A stretch of 61,838 bases of DNA, counting the filler, from Dimorphilus gyrociliatus (lineage: Eukaryota; Animalia; Annelida), in assembly GCA_904063045.1 (NCBI GenBank). It is 4 parts of 4 records of this genome, joined end to end, with 100 filler letters (N's around TTAATTAATTAA, not from the genome) between each part and the next. Parts side by side here need not be neighbours in the genome. Positions count along the whole stretch, not along the records: positions 1 to 14,719 come from CAJFCJ010000235.1; positions 14,820 to 34,904 come from CAJFCJ010000191.1; 2 more parts are not named here. One strand, 5' to 3'. Within the stretch, counting starts at the first letter, position 1, and each line of letters begins with the position of its first letter. Positions 14,013-25,508 of the stretch are shown piece by piece. A model generated the notes under the pieces. The model had not been told where the DNA came from. It searched no databases and was given only the letters and a program-made list of their open reading frames with translations. Both the position numbers and the translations under genes were made by a program.

Positions 14013-14642
14013 CAAGTATATAATACTGTCAATTTTCTGTATTGTTCAAGTAAAGTTTTTAATAAGGAAACTATTTTGAGAAAGTTATATTAATTCAATT
14101 GTACTTTTTGCACTGAGAGCCTATTCTTTGTTTAGAAAACAACTACGGTATTCTGTAATTATCTTAACTAACTTGTTTAAATTCTCTCTATATATTAGAA
14201 ATATACATACATACATACATACATCTTTAATATATACTGTATATTAAGTACTTGTATAAATTTACGTATAACAAAATAGAATTGTTAAAATTCTAGACGC
14301 GCTAACTTTGCAATTATAAAAGGGCTTTGATAGTAATTAATTTGAAACCTGTCTCCATTCTGTGCCAGTACAGTTATCATTGTTTGTGTAGACATTGTGA
14401 TTATGCACGTACATTCCAGTTAGAAATGATGAACGAGAAGGGCAACACATCGGAGTTGAAACGTAAGCGTGTGAAAATTCAGACCCTTCCTTCATTATCT
14501 GTCGAGTTCGATGCATAGTTTTCATTGATCCTAATTCTGCATCCTGATCGTCAGTCACGATGAGAACTATATTGGGTCGATTAGCAAGTACTTGTTGCAA
14601 AAGAAGAAAAATCACGACGTATGCAATTATTCCAAACATCAT
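10487..14642 (-). CDS. SULF1: Extracellular heparan sulfate 6-O-endosulfatase (SULF1/2-like); exons 14642-14349, 13840-13213, 13093-12813, ~12735-12228, 11821-11675, 11581-11439, 10777-10651, 10578-10487
   Basis: Signal peptide, [13 protein letters not shown], FGly motif [39 protein letters not shown], basic hydrophilic domain, C-terminal [28 protein letters not shown]. One +1 homopolymer frameshift near 13751-13754. The SULF1 versus SULF2 label is not resolvable here. Confidence 0.93.
13955..14008. repeat. (TA)n microsatellite in SULF intron 1
   Basis: Perfect TA run of about 54 nt. Confidence 0.95.
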
Positions 14643-14719
14643 TAGCCTTAAATGCAAAATTTCTCACTGTTCTTATTGAACCTGCATCCTTCATTTAAAT
14701 GGAAAAATTTGTAAAGTAA

Positions 14720-14819
14720 NNNNNNNNNNNNNNNNNNNNNNNNNNNNNNNNNNNNNNNNNNNNTTAATTAATTAANNNNNNNNNNNNNNNNNNNNNNNNN
14801 NNNNNNNNNNNNNNNNNNN
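14720..14819. other. Artificial contig spacer (44 N + TTAATTAATTAA six-frame stop + 44 N)
   Basis: Identical 100-nt layout at all three gaps. Confidence 0.97.
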
Positions 14820-14824
14820 GAAGT

Positions 14825-15459
14825 TGTACAACTTTGGTTATATTTTACATGCTTGAACTCTATTATTTTATGCAACATATACATGTACATCTTAAAACCT
14901 ACGCAAGAAAATGCTAAAACATTGGCCAAACATAAGTCTGATTAGTCAGCTTGAAGGTTCATCTTTAATTACCAATAAAGGTTTGGCCAAGTTATAATTT
15001 AATTAACTTGCCTAGGGTGTGGCCAAGTTATAATTCAATTAACCTTCCTAAATGTTGAACCTTGTAACATCCTGTTACTAAAGATAAATATGAACTACAC
15101 ATTTCGGCAACTGTAAAGTGATGATTGGATGTCAGAGACAAACCTCAAAGTATATAAATCCTCATTATTCTCATTTGGCATGCAGCTTCCATCTGGACCC
15201 AAGGACCTGGGAAAATCATCTGGAAACAACCTCCACTGGAACCATCCATCTACTCCTCAACATTGGAAGACAGTTTGGTAATTTGGCAACCTGCTATTAC
15301 AAACTATCTACTCTGCTATTGAACTCTCATATTGTTACTTGCTTAAGTATTATTATTGCGAATAAACCATTTTAATTTAAACATTTGTTTAAAGGTTCGA
15401 GTAGAACCAGTATTGATATAACTTGCAAACGCATAGATTTTGCCAGCAAGAGCAGTACA
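14825..15459 (+). mobile_element. LTR family A copy (635 bp), probably a 3' LTR
   Basis: TGTAC...GTACA termini, TATATAAA at 15151, AATAAA near 15361; preceded by GAAGT, the tail of the PPT seen at 30160-30173. Confidence 0.9.
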
Positions 15460-16354
15460 TCATTTTGGAATATTTTTCCACCTGCTTTGCAAATTGCAGC
15501 TATGAAAAAGGACTCTTGGGAACCAGTTTTAGTAACTGTAATTGTTAATGATCCTTGCCCAATTGTAACTGGTCCAATATTATCTACTGTAGCTATAGAA
15601 GTGTCTGGTCTAGTTATGCTAAAGTGGACAAAAGTAGACATATAATTGATGTTGCAAAATTTGACTGTCATTGTAATAATTACCCGCATGAGCCACCACC
15701 AGTATGACCTTTAATTTTGGCTCTAAATGGTGAAGTTTGCTCAGTTGACATCTCAATTTCAATACCATAGCCCATAGGTAGATTACCACTACCATATTCT
15801 AATGAAACATCAAAAACATCACAAATAATTAAAAAAATTTTGAAAATGAATATTGATAATACATACGTTCACTTGAATAAACATATCCTCTAACTTCAAA
15901 TTCAAGTGTAGTCCCTCCACTGGTACATGTATAAGTGTAGGTCAGTACATAATTCTCAGTTGTTCCTGAAAACAAACTGCCTTGGAAACTTGCATATACA
16001 AGTGCAGAATCTACTAATTTTGAGGATTGTAGTAAAGTGGTTCCATCTGGTTTTGTAAGTGTATAGCTGTAAAACAAATTAAATTGATAGATTCCTGATT
16101 GGAATGTTAATGTAAAAAGACACCTGCAAGTAGGAGTTCCAGTGATTTGTCGGAAATTAAGGTAGTAAGTATCAGTATCTTCCAAAATTTGAGCTGGAGA
16201 TTCAACTTTAAGACTAAAACTGTCTGAATGAACTGTAATTACTGTAAATAAATAAAAACATATTAATTTGCTTTGATATTAAAAATAATCTAAAAATCAT
16301 ACAACCAAAACTCAGAAAAAGAAGAGCAAAGTTATGTATTGTAAATGCCTTCAT
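15460..16354 (-). pseudogene. Secreted protein gene, paralog 1 of an ITIH-C-like pair, truncated by LTR A
   Basis: Signal peptide MKAFTIHNFALLFLSFG, short GT-AG introns, clear similarity to 18425-19627 (TVTKTGSQES, TG.PTCR); one homopolymer frameshift near 15835. Confidence 0.6.
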
Positions 16355-16944
16355 GATTTTTGGATAACTAAAAAAAGTTTGGTGCTTTTAAGGATTTTTT
16401 AACAATAGACAAGGAGACAATTTAAATAAAACAGTCTTGGAAATATTTCTATATTTTTACAAAAAACCAAAGAAATTGTCAAATATTTCTCATGAATAAT
16501 TTGAATAAACAGATCAGGCTATTTTATTAAACATAGTATTTAACCTAAAAATGTAGGACTAGTAGTATTTTATTATTCAGAAAATACTTTTCTTCTATAT
16601 ATTTTAATAGTGTTTTGTATTGAATGCTTAAAGCTGGTGGGAGCAATAAAAAAATCAACCATTATCAGCTTTACAATGGAGGTAAAAATTTTTTGTTGGG
16701 AATGTCAGACAAGAAAAGAGAAAATATTCTTTACACTTCTTTTCATTTTGGCAACATTTAATTGGAATTGATAAAATAGACAAATGACATTGATAAAAAA
16801 AAATTTAGCCTGGGAAACTTTAAAATCTAAAAACTCCTTGCATTTAATGCAGGCAAAAACATTTTTTATTATGATTTTTCAATATAGGCTTAAGTTTAAA
16901 ACAAATATTTATACGAACTGATTCAAACAGTAATAAGACAGTTA

Positions 16945-17940
16945 GGAATTATGGAGAAAACGTCCACTGGAGAAAACGTCCACTGGAGAAAACGTCCACT
17001 GATTGGAGAAAACGTCCACTGGTTGGAGAAAACGTCCACTGGAGAAAACATCCACTATGTGAAGAATATATTAAAAAATACTTTTTCAAATTTAAATTTT
17101 TATTATTGATTTTGAGATATATCCAATACATTCCCATAATGCAATCACTTTTGGTAGCCATTTTGAAATCCAGACAGGAAACAGTTCTGGGATCTTCTAT
17201 GTTTTTCATGGAAAGTGAATATTGTGCATATTTCATCTACAATTTTTCAGAATTTTTTGCAGTTTGAAATATATTTCACTATTGAAAACCATCAGACAAA
17301 ACACAAACTTTAGAATTGATATCAGTAAGTTATAGAATATTGTGTTGAAATGATTTATTTATAAATTAGCTTTATTTTTATAGCAGCCATTTTGTTTATC
17401 ATTATTGTTAATTGTTTAATTTTTAAATTTATACAGTTGGTTATTGATAGAGATTCCAAATTGAACATGGCACCAATTTGTTACATTTGTGAAGAGAGAA
17501 TATATGGAAGACAAAATCAAGAGAAATGTCAGCTTTGCTGTCATTTATTTAAAATACATAAAAAATGTTTGGATTATAAAGGTTTGTTTAAGTTTTTTGT
17601 CACTATCCTTCCTTACAAATATGTTTTTATATTTTTTCACAGATCAATCATTTTATTGTAACATTTGCTGTGACATATCAATGAAGAAATGCATTGTTGC
17701 ACTTCAAAGGCTACCTTCTAGTGCATCTGCTAATGAAGAAATAAAACAAACACCAAATTTTGATACAGCAAATAATAGAAATGAGCAAACTATTGTTTGT
17801 GAAAATCATTGTGGAAATTCAAGTGGAAATGATACAAATGGCAGTATTATGGAATCACACAATGTTTTAGTTGAAGATCTTCCAGCTCAGCAAAATAATA
17901 TGATGGAAGTTTCATTTAAGTTAATAATTTTACCTTAACC
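16945..17940 (+). mobile_element. MULE-like element 3: left end with GGAGAAAACGTCCACT array (16952-17057) and a PHD-type transposase N-terminus (ATG 17467)
   Basis: Tandem 16-bp motif; MAPICYICEERIYGRQ...CQLC...HKKC resembles MULE-1 exon 1; reverse-complement copy of this end at ~55990-56396. No right end or TSD found. Confidence 0.65.
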
Positions 17941-18424
17941 TTAACCTAATCATATTTTTTTACCTAACCTATTTGAATAAACTTAACCTTTGATAGAACC
18001 CAACCTAGTATTTATCAATAGTTTTAATATTTTTCTTAGACATTTTCCCACGCTGAAATCTAGCCTTGAAATATTTCATATATGCCTGTCTTTATCAACA
18101 AAAACTATTTCAAAAATATCCAAGTAAATAATATTTTACAGTTGAATGAAAAGTTTTTTAAATGTGTCTAAAGAGATACAACACAACTAGCCCACTACCA
18201 TAGATCCTATATTAACCTTAACAATCTGATCTGTTAATTCAAAAGATCTCCATAGACCTATAGAAATGTATTTGAAAATATTCTTAACCTCTTTAAAAAT
18301 ACCAATGAAAGAGTTTAAGTAGATGTTTTTGAAAAATTGTCACAAGACCTTTTGGTGAGAAAACACCTATAAGAGAAAACACTTATAAGCAGGCACAATG
18401 GTAGCAGAGGTGTTAATAGAAATC

Positions 18425-19627
18425 ATGAAGAGTTGTACAATATGTACTGTTTTTCATCTTTTGAATTTAGGTTGTATGATATTTAGATTTGTCTCAAATA
18501 AATTTTTATTATATTTTAATCAACAGTTTTTGTGGTTCATTCACAACAATTTTCTGTATCTGTTGAAGTTCCAGCTATAATGTTGGAAGGTTTTGGACAA
18601 TATCATGTAAATTTTAAACAACAGACTGGAAATCCTACATGCAGGTTTTTTTTGTACATTAATATTTGAATGAATAATTTTACAAATTTAATTTGTTTTA
18701 AAGCTTTACAGCTAAAAAACCAGATGAAACTGTGGTAGCACAAGCTACCAAAGATTTAAATTCTATGTTTGAAAGCCACACCATTCAATATTTTACTTTA
18801 TCATCATTCACTGAAGATTTTATCCTAACTTTTTCTTTCACTTGTGGTACTTCAGGGTCATCAATTAGTTTTGAATTCAGGACACATGTTTTTGCAGTTG
18901 AGACTATGTAATACTTTAAACAATATTCAAAATATATATAAAAAAATTTAAATATTTCATTTGCTTATGGTTCTACTTTTCTACCTGTGATGTATGGGGT
19001 TCAAATTGATGTATCAAGTGCGCAATCCTAACCAACTATAGTTAAATTACTTAGACAACTTGGTGACACTATTTGCAGGTAATTACTTCAGTGAAATTAA
19101 ATCATTCATCATCATCTATATGATTATTTTTTGTTATCTCAGCTTAACTCAACCAGACTCTGCATAGCCATAACAGATTATTCTGGATCAACTGATCTAA
19201 GAAATGATAACATGGAAATTACAGTTACTAAAACTGGTTCTCAGGAATCTCTTCTCATGCTTGCAAGCTGCTCATCTGGTGGAAAGACATTCAATACTGA
19301 CATTCCAGTTTATTTTTCAGTTGGTGCTCCTTCACCATGGGCATCTGCAACAGGAGATCCACACTTTGCTCAAAATGTTATTGATAAATCATCAATATCT
19401 ACAAAACAAATATGTTATGATGTAACTGGCCAAATGGGAGATTTTATTTATATTGCTGGATTCTATCACAGTGGAATAAAAGTATTTGGCCAACTTAAAG
19501 ATGATTAATACATGCATAAAATTATCATTCAGTCTCCATCAGCAAATATCACAGTACCATTAAATGAAATTCTTCTTGATAATATATATACAATGGAATG
19601 GAATGATAATTCAAAGGCAATGACTGT
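18425..19627 (+). pseudogene. Secreted protein gene, paralog 2, with ITIH C-terminal-like GDPHF domain, truncated by LTR D
   Basis: MKSCTICTVFHLLNLG leader; ATGDPHF...QICYDVTGQMGD...SGIKVFGQL resembles the ITI heavy-chain C-terminal domain (DGDPHF..ICFNI..GI.VNGQL); in-frame stops and frameshifts. Confidence 0.6.
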
Positions 19628-21169
19628 TGTACACATACATTCATCAGCTATATTCTACAATAGAGAAGTAGTATTGAACCAGTATTGTACTATGCAGATA
19701 GTGTACTGCTCTTGCTCGCAAAATCTATGCGTTTGCAAGTTATAACAATACTGGTTCTACTCAAACCTTTAAACAAATGTTTAAATTTAAATGGTTTATT
19801 CGCAATAATAATACTTAAGCAAGTAACAATATGAGAGTTCGATAGCAGAGTAGATAGTTCATAAAAGCAGGTTGCCAAATTACCAAACTGTCTTCCAATG
19901 TTGAGGAGTAGATGGATGGTTCCAGTAGAGGTTGTTTCCAGATTATTTTCCCAGGTCCTTGGGACCAGATGGAAGCTACATGCCAAATGAGAATAGTGAG
20001 GATTTATATACTTTGAGGTTTGCCTCTGGCATCCAATCATCACTTTACAGTTGCTGAAATGTGTAGTTCATATTTATCTTTAGTAACAGGATGTTACAAG
20101 GTTCAACATTTAGGAAGGTTAATTGAATTATAACTTGGCCACACCCTAGGCAAGTTAATTAAATTATAACTTGGCCAAACCTTTATTGGTAATTAAAGAT
20201 GAGCCTTCAAGCTGACTAATCAGACTTATGTTTGGCCAATGTTATAGCATTTTCTTGCGTAGGTTTTAAGATGTACATGTATAAGTTGCATAAAATAATA
20301 GAGTTCAAGCATGTAAAATATAACCAAAGTTGTACATCACCAAAATTTTGCATGAAATACTATATTGTAATAGTATTGAGCAGTGCTCTGCATACCCAAG
20401 ATACAACTGTTAACTACTTCTAAAGTTAGTTGTAAATAGACTTTTACAACTTAACTTGAATATTTAACTAATTATCTTAAACATAATATATAATCAATAT
20501 TAGTTGTTTTTATCATATTTTACCTATATTTGGAAATTGTAGATTGTTGAATAGTAGCAAATACGCAATACTATTATAGATAACCAAATGCTTTGGTTTT
20601 TGCCATAAAATCTATTTTACACTACAATATCTCATTTTTGTGGTATATAAGAACAGCATTATGCTGATCTTTGTCTATTTTTGTGTGTTGGACACCATCC
20701 AAGTTCTACCAAAAATTGTTACATCTTATGCAATTTTTGACCTACTCAAAATATAGAACAACAACTCTCCAGAATAAAGAAAAAGTACCAATTATGGTGG
20801 CATATTTGGACTTTTCCTATATCTTATATGTTACTTTTGTTTGTCTGTATATTTGTGATCTGTGAACTGTCAACTATTGGAAAGGTATATAAACCCTGCA
20901 AATTTAACAGTAGACAGTTCAGTCTTATCACTGTCAGCTTGTTGCTTAAACCAGCTTGTTTAGAACTAGAAACTTATTTACTCAATAAATATTCTTTGAA
21001 TGAAATACTGATGTCTTATTGATTAAATTTTTGCAAAATTTCATTTTTTGAGACTATCTTTGGACAAACTTGAATGGTTCTATTTGTTTGACTACTATGG
21101 TAAATTGGTAAATGATTGGAAAGGACAAATTTGATCTTGATGAATTCAATTACAATTCAACAAAGTACA
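19628..21169 (+). mobile_element. LTR family D copy interrupted by an LTR A copy
   Basis: 19628-19701 and ~20825-21169 match the reverse complement of the two ends of 43661-44594; TATATAAA near 20885, AATAAA near 20986; TGTAC...GTACA termini. Confidence 0.8.
19702..20336 (-). mobile_element. LTR family A copy (635 bp)
   Basis: Near-identical reverse complement of 14825-15459; no TSD seen. Confidence 0.92.
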
Positions 21170-22799
21170 TTTAGAAAATTATTATTATTTTTTAAGGGTA
21201 TTTAACACTTTTGTCTCTTTTGTAGCATCTTCCGTAAAATCATTCCTAAAGTATATATATCCTTCTTTTCTCCACAATTCTCCTTAATATACAACTCCTT
21301 TACAGATAAATATATCTTGAAATTTTTGGGCTGAAAAGGATGATAATGTAAAATTTAATCTACTGATTTTCCATAGATTTTAAATACTCAACTTGAACAA
21401 CAATATCCATTATTGAAAATTGTCCATTTAGACAAAAGTTATGTCTATGAATTGAGGAAATTGAATATAAAATTGTTGAAAAACATTTAAAATATTTATA
21501 ATCTCTATAAAATTCATATGTTATATGAATTCCAGAGAATTTGTGTCCTGAATAAAATTAGATGATAGTTTTCTTGTAAATAGTTGTAATACAGGAGGGT
21601 TAACTACTGCATCTCTCAATTTGAAAAATGATTCCTTGGCTTCCTCAGTCCATTGAAATTTATCCTTTTTCCCATGTAATTTCATTAATGTGTACAGAGG
21701 TTTAGCTACTCTTGCAAAATCTTGTATAAATTTTCTGTAATAGCCACAAAACACAACAAAGCTTAGTAGTGAATTTGCAGGGAACAACAGAAGTCGCCCA
21801 GGGCAGAAGTCGCCCAGGACAGAAGTCGCCCAGAAATTGATAGAAGTCGCCCAGAGCTGTGACAGAAGTCGCCCAGAACTGTGATAGAAGTCGCCCAGGA
21901 CTATGACAGAAGTCGCCTAGAACTGTAGAAGACATAATGTGTTTGTTCTTTGTTTCTATTGATTTCTGACAATTGAAATATATAATAAGTATTAATAAAT
22001 ATAGAATGCATCATTTAATAATAACTAAATAGTGAATGAATTAAATAATAAAATACTGGCATTCTGTTGAAGGTTTCACATAAATATCATTTATTTGCTT
22101 AAACTTGTGCACAAACTTGAGGTTCTATTTGGATCAGTACAGCAGAAAATTCCCACAATCACAATACAAAGTACAGTATTGAGTTTTAAACTAAAAATCT
22201 TATGCATTTCATTTAATTTATTAAATTTGTTTCTACATTCAAAGCAGAATTTTGCCATGTTCATCAATTTCTTTCAAATACCTCTTATGTCAAAGATCAT
22301 GACAATAAAAAAATTGTAGATATGATATTAATGGTACCCACCACATGATGCTAGAAGTAGTAGAGTAGATGTTGCCTCTAGGGTAGATGGTACCGAACTA
22401 CCAGAATCAAGCCCTTTTATAGGCAAAAGATAAGATATTACATAACCAAACATGTTGACAACAACACTACAAAGTACAGTAATGAGTTTTAAACTACAAA
22501 TCTTATGCATTTCATTTCATTTCTGAGTAGAGTTGACAACATTTTTCCAAAACTTGTGATGAAGTCATCTGATGAGCTTCAAATTTCTCCCAAATTTTAA
22601 ATATTTCATTCTGCATATTTTTATATTGTCTTCTTTGATATCTTAATATCTTTCTCTCTGATAGCATTCTTTGATATGCTGGGATAAGATCTGCCTCTCG
22701 TTTTAATTCATCTACTACCAAATAGAATGAAGAATTTGCTCTTAAATTGCCATTTAGCCGATTATGGAACCCCTCCACATCATTATTAGTTCTAATAGC

Positions 22800-25508
22800 G
22801 AGTTGGGGTGCGAACGTACCTGGGTGTGAACGTACCCGGGTGCGAACGTACCCTGGGCGGGTGCGAACGTACCTGGGTACGTTCGCACCCTATTTTTATA
22901 TTTATTTTATTTTTGAATTTTTGAATAAAAGATTTAGCTATAAATCTAAAAGTATGTATTTAAAAGACTAAATATTATACTAAAAAACAATAAAGCTTGA
23001 CAAATGATATTTATGCTGGAGAGTAGATATGGGATGTCTGCATTAATAGATCAATTGATGTCAATTTGTTCAACTTGAAATCATCCCATAAATCAAAAAT
23101 TTTCTTTTGGATGTCAATATACTTTTTCTTTTGATGTTTGTAAATCCTTTTTTCTGACAGTAATTTCTCATAAACTGCAATCAACTCAGACTCTTTTTTT
23201 AGCTCATCAACCAGCATGTAAAAAGAACCTTTAGCAGGCAGCTTACTATTCATTCTTTGATGCCATCCTTCACAATCATTATTGGTCCTAATAGACAAAC
23301 CAAAAACTGACCAGTTATTTGGTTTCCATAATTTATTTTTGATCCAGTTTGTTTGGAAGTATTGCAGCAGGTCCAAAAATCTATTTTTTTCACAAAGTTC
23401 TGCATTTATGCTGTCAAATGTTGGTTGAATAATATGTGCTGGCAAGAATGGCAGAGCCATCAATTTTCTGAAATCTTTCCAATCATTTCCTTTTTCTTTG
23501 TATTTCTTTACATAGCCAAGAGCCTATTCAATAATATAAGTTATTTAATAGATAATGTTATATATATTTGAATGTAACTGACTTGTATTTTCCTGTATAC
23601 TGCTTGTGTGAAATGAAATACACAACCTTGAAATTCAGTGAGGGGATATACTTTTGATAATGCTTTCCATAGTCCTTTTTCAAAATCCATTGTAATTCTT
23701 TTTGGATGAAAATCATTGATAAGATTGTTGATATGCTACAAAAAAGCAACTTTATTTATCATCACTTTTGAAGAGATAATATGAAATATTTACTTGAAAT
23801 GCTTGTAAGTATGCTTTGGTATGCTTTGAAGTCAGAAAAATAAAAACAAGAGGAACTTGCTTCATATCACCACTCTTCTTAACAAATGAGTGAATAGTGA
23901 CAAGTTGATAAAATGGTTCTTTTACAATCTTGAAAGTACCATCAATGTACCAACAGTTGGATTTTGATAATAAATTCAGCTGATGGTTTGTTGCAAAGAT
24001 TAAAATTCTTTCTCCATTTTCACAAATATCTTTCTGCAAAAATTCATCAGGCAAAAATGTTTCATCTAAATTAAAGTTGTACACTTTAGGTTCCACTGGC
24101 CTAAACTTTTGTCTATTTGAGTTTGCCATTCTCTTCAAATAGTTGATATCAGGAAGACAAGTTGCATTGGGTTCATAGGATAGAAGAACTTTTTCAGCAA
24201 TGCTTCTTCCAGATGTTTGATTATCACTTCTGCAAACAATTTTCAAATCTGTTTTCACTTTAATATCCACTTCTAAATTCTTTTTTCTGTTGTGATTATG
24301 TTCCAAATTGCCTTTGAGAAATAAATTTCCATTTTGTCTTATTCTGGCCACACATCTTTTCTTCTTACTTCTCACACTGCACACCCAAATAGTACTTGAT
24401 GGTGTTTTATGTTTAACAACAAAAGAATATCCATCATTCAGTAAAATGTCATGTCCCTTTCTACTTCCTCCTTTTACAATCTCAAAATCACTTTTTGTGG
24501 ATGATTCACAATATTCTTCAGCATTCTCTTCAACTTCCTCCAAAGAGTCTAGGTCCATTGATTGGCATTCTGAAAGAACATGATTTTCATCCTCCAATAT
24601 TGATTCCTCAACTGCAGCAATCTTATTTCTTTCATCAATAAAGCTTTCTTCAGAATTTACTTTGAATTGATGAATTTCCAGATTAGTTAACTTCTTGAGC
24701 ATGACAGTACATTTTCTTTTGTTACAAGGTTTGCAAATTGGTATGTTATGTGTTTCTATAAGAATATGTTAAAAAATATAATTACATGAAAGCTGATTAA
24801 AGAGTTACATACCTGTGCATTTCCTATGAATAAGATTCTTACAAAGGCTGCATTTCAAATATTTTTGCCTTCCATAAATTGTTGAATGACAATTGTGACA
24901 TTTGAAAGCCATTTTTTAATCTTCAATCAAATGTAGATGGTTATCTAAAAATATTTCCAGTTATCAATAAATTTCCTTTCCAAATATTCAAAATGGCTGA
25001 AATTTTATTTATGAAAAATATTCAGCTTTTTCACAATTGAAGATAGTATATTACATCAAAATATCATGAATCAACAATCTCAATGATTAGATATAAATAC
25101 TCACTTCTGTTGAAGCTTCCAAGAAGAACTTTGTCCAAATTTATTCAGTAAATATAGCTTTACTTTTGCAAGGATAAATATTCCAAGTGAAAGTTTATTT
25201 AATAAAACTATCACTATTAAAATGGCTGCTATTTCACTTTCAACAACATTTTCTTTTAAAGTAGTAATTTAATATTGATGGGATATGTATTCTATTTAAT
25301 ATCTGCATTCTATCAAATCAATATATTAACAAATATATAATGAAGGAACAGAAGGAAAAAAGGGTGTCAATGTACATGTTTATTCAAAAATTCAAAAATA
25401 AAATAAATATAAAAATAGGGTGCGAACGTACCCAGGTACGTTCGCACCCGCCCAGGGTACGTTCGCACCCGGGTACGTTCGCACCCAGGTACGTTCACAC
25501 CCGACCCC
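22800..25508 (-). mobile_element. MULE-1, 2709 bp, apparently complete autonomous Mutator-like element
   Basis: 9-bp TSD TCTAATAGC at 22791-22799 and 25509-25517; long TIRs built from GGGTGCGAACGTACC units plus an AT-rich inner part. Confidence 0.95.
23011..24912 (-). CDS. MULE-1 transposase, 575 aa; exons 24912-24813, 24755-23794, 23735-23583, 23523-23011
   Basis: Four GT-AG exons sum to 1728 nt with no stop; C4HC3 PHD-like finger, FLYWCH (W.C...C.A...HNH), WYIDGTF, TMDFE, GCVFHFTQA, RTNNDCEGWH. Confidence 0.9.

Noticed and set aside
15118-15375. 85-121 aa ORF MMIGCQRQTSK... seen four times
   Set aside because: It lies wholly within LTR A, so recurrence only reflects LTR copy number; no domain is recognisable and the frame is not kept in LTR B or C
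14825-20336. Composite transposon made of two inverted LTR A copies around the ITIH-like pair
   Set aside because: No TSD outside the pair; the left LTR carries a PPT remnant and the right one is nested in LTR D, so these are independent insertions
21200-21400. Kinase-like words QPKNF and KDIYTLGMIL on the minus strand
   Set aside because: No HRD, DFG or APE context, and a short frame; insufficient support
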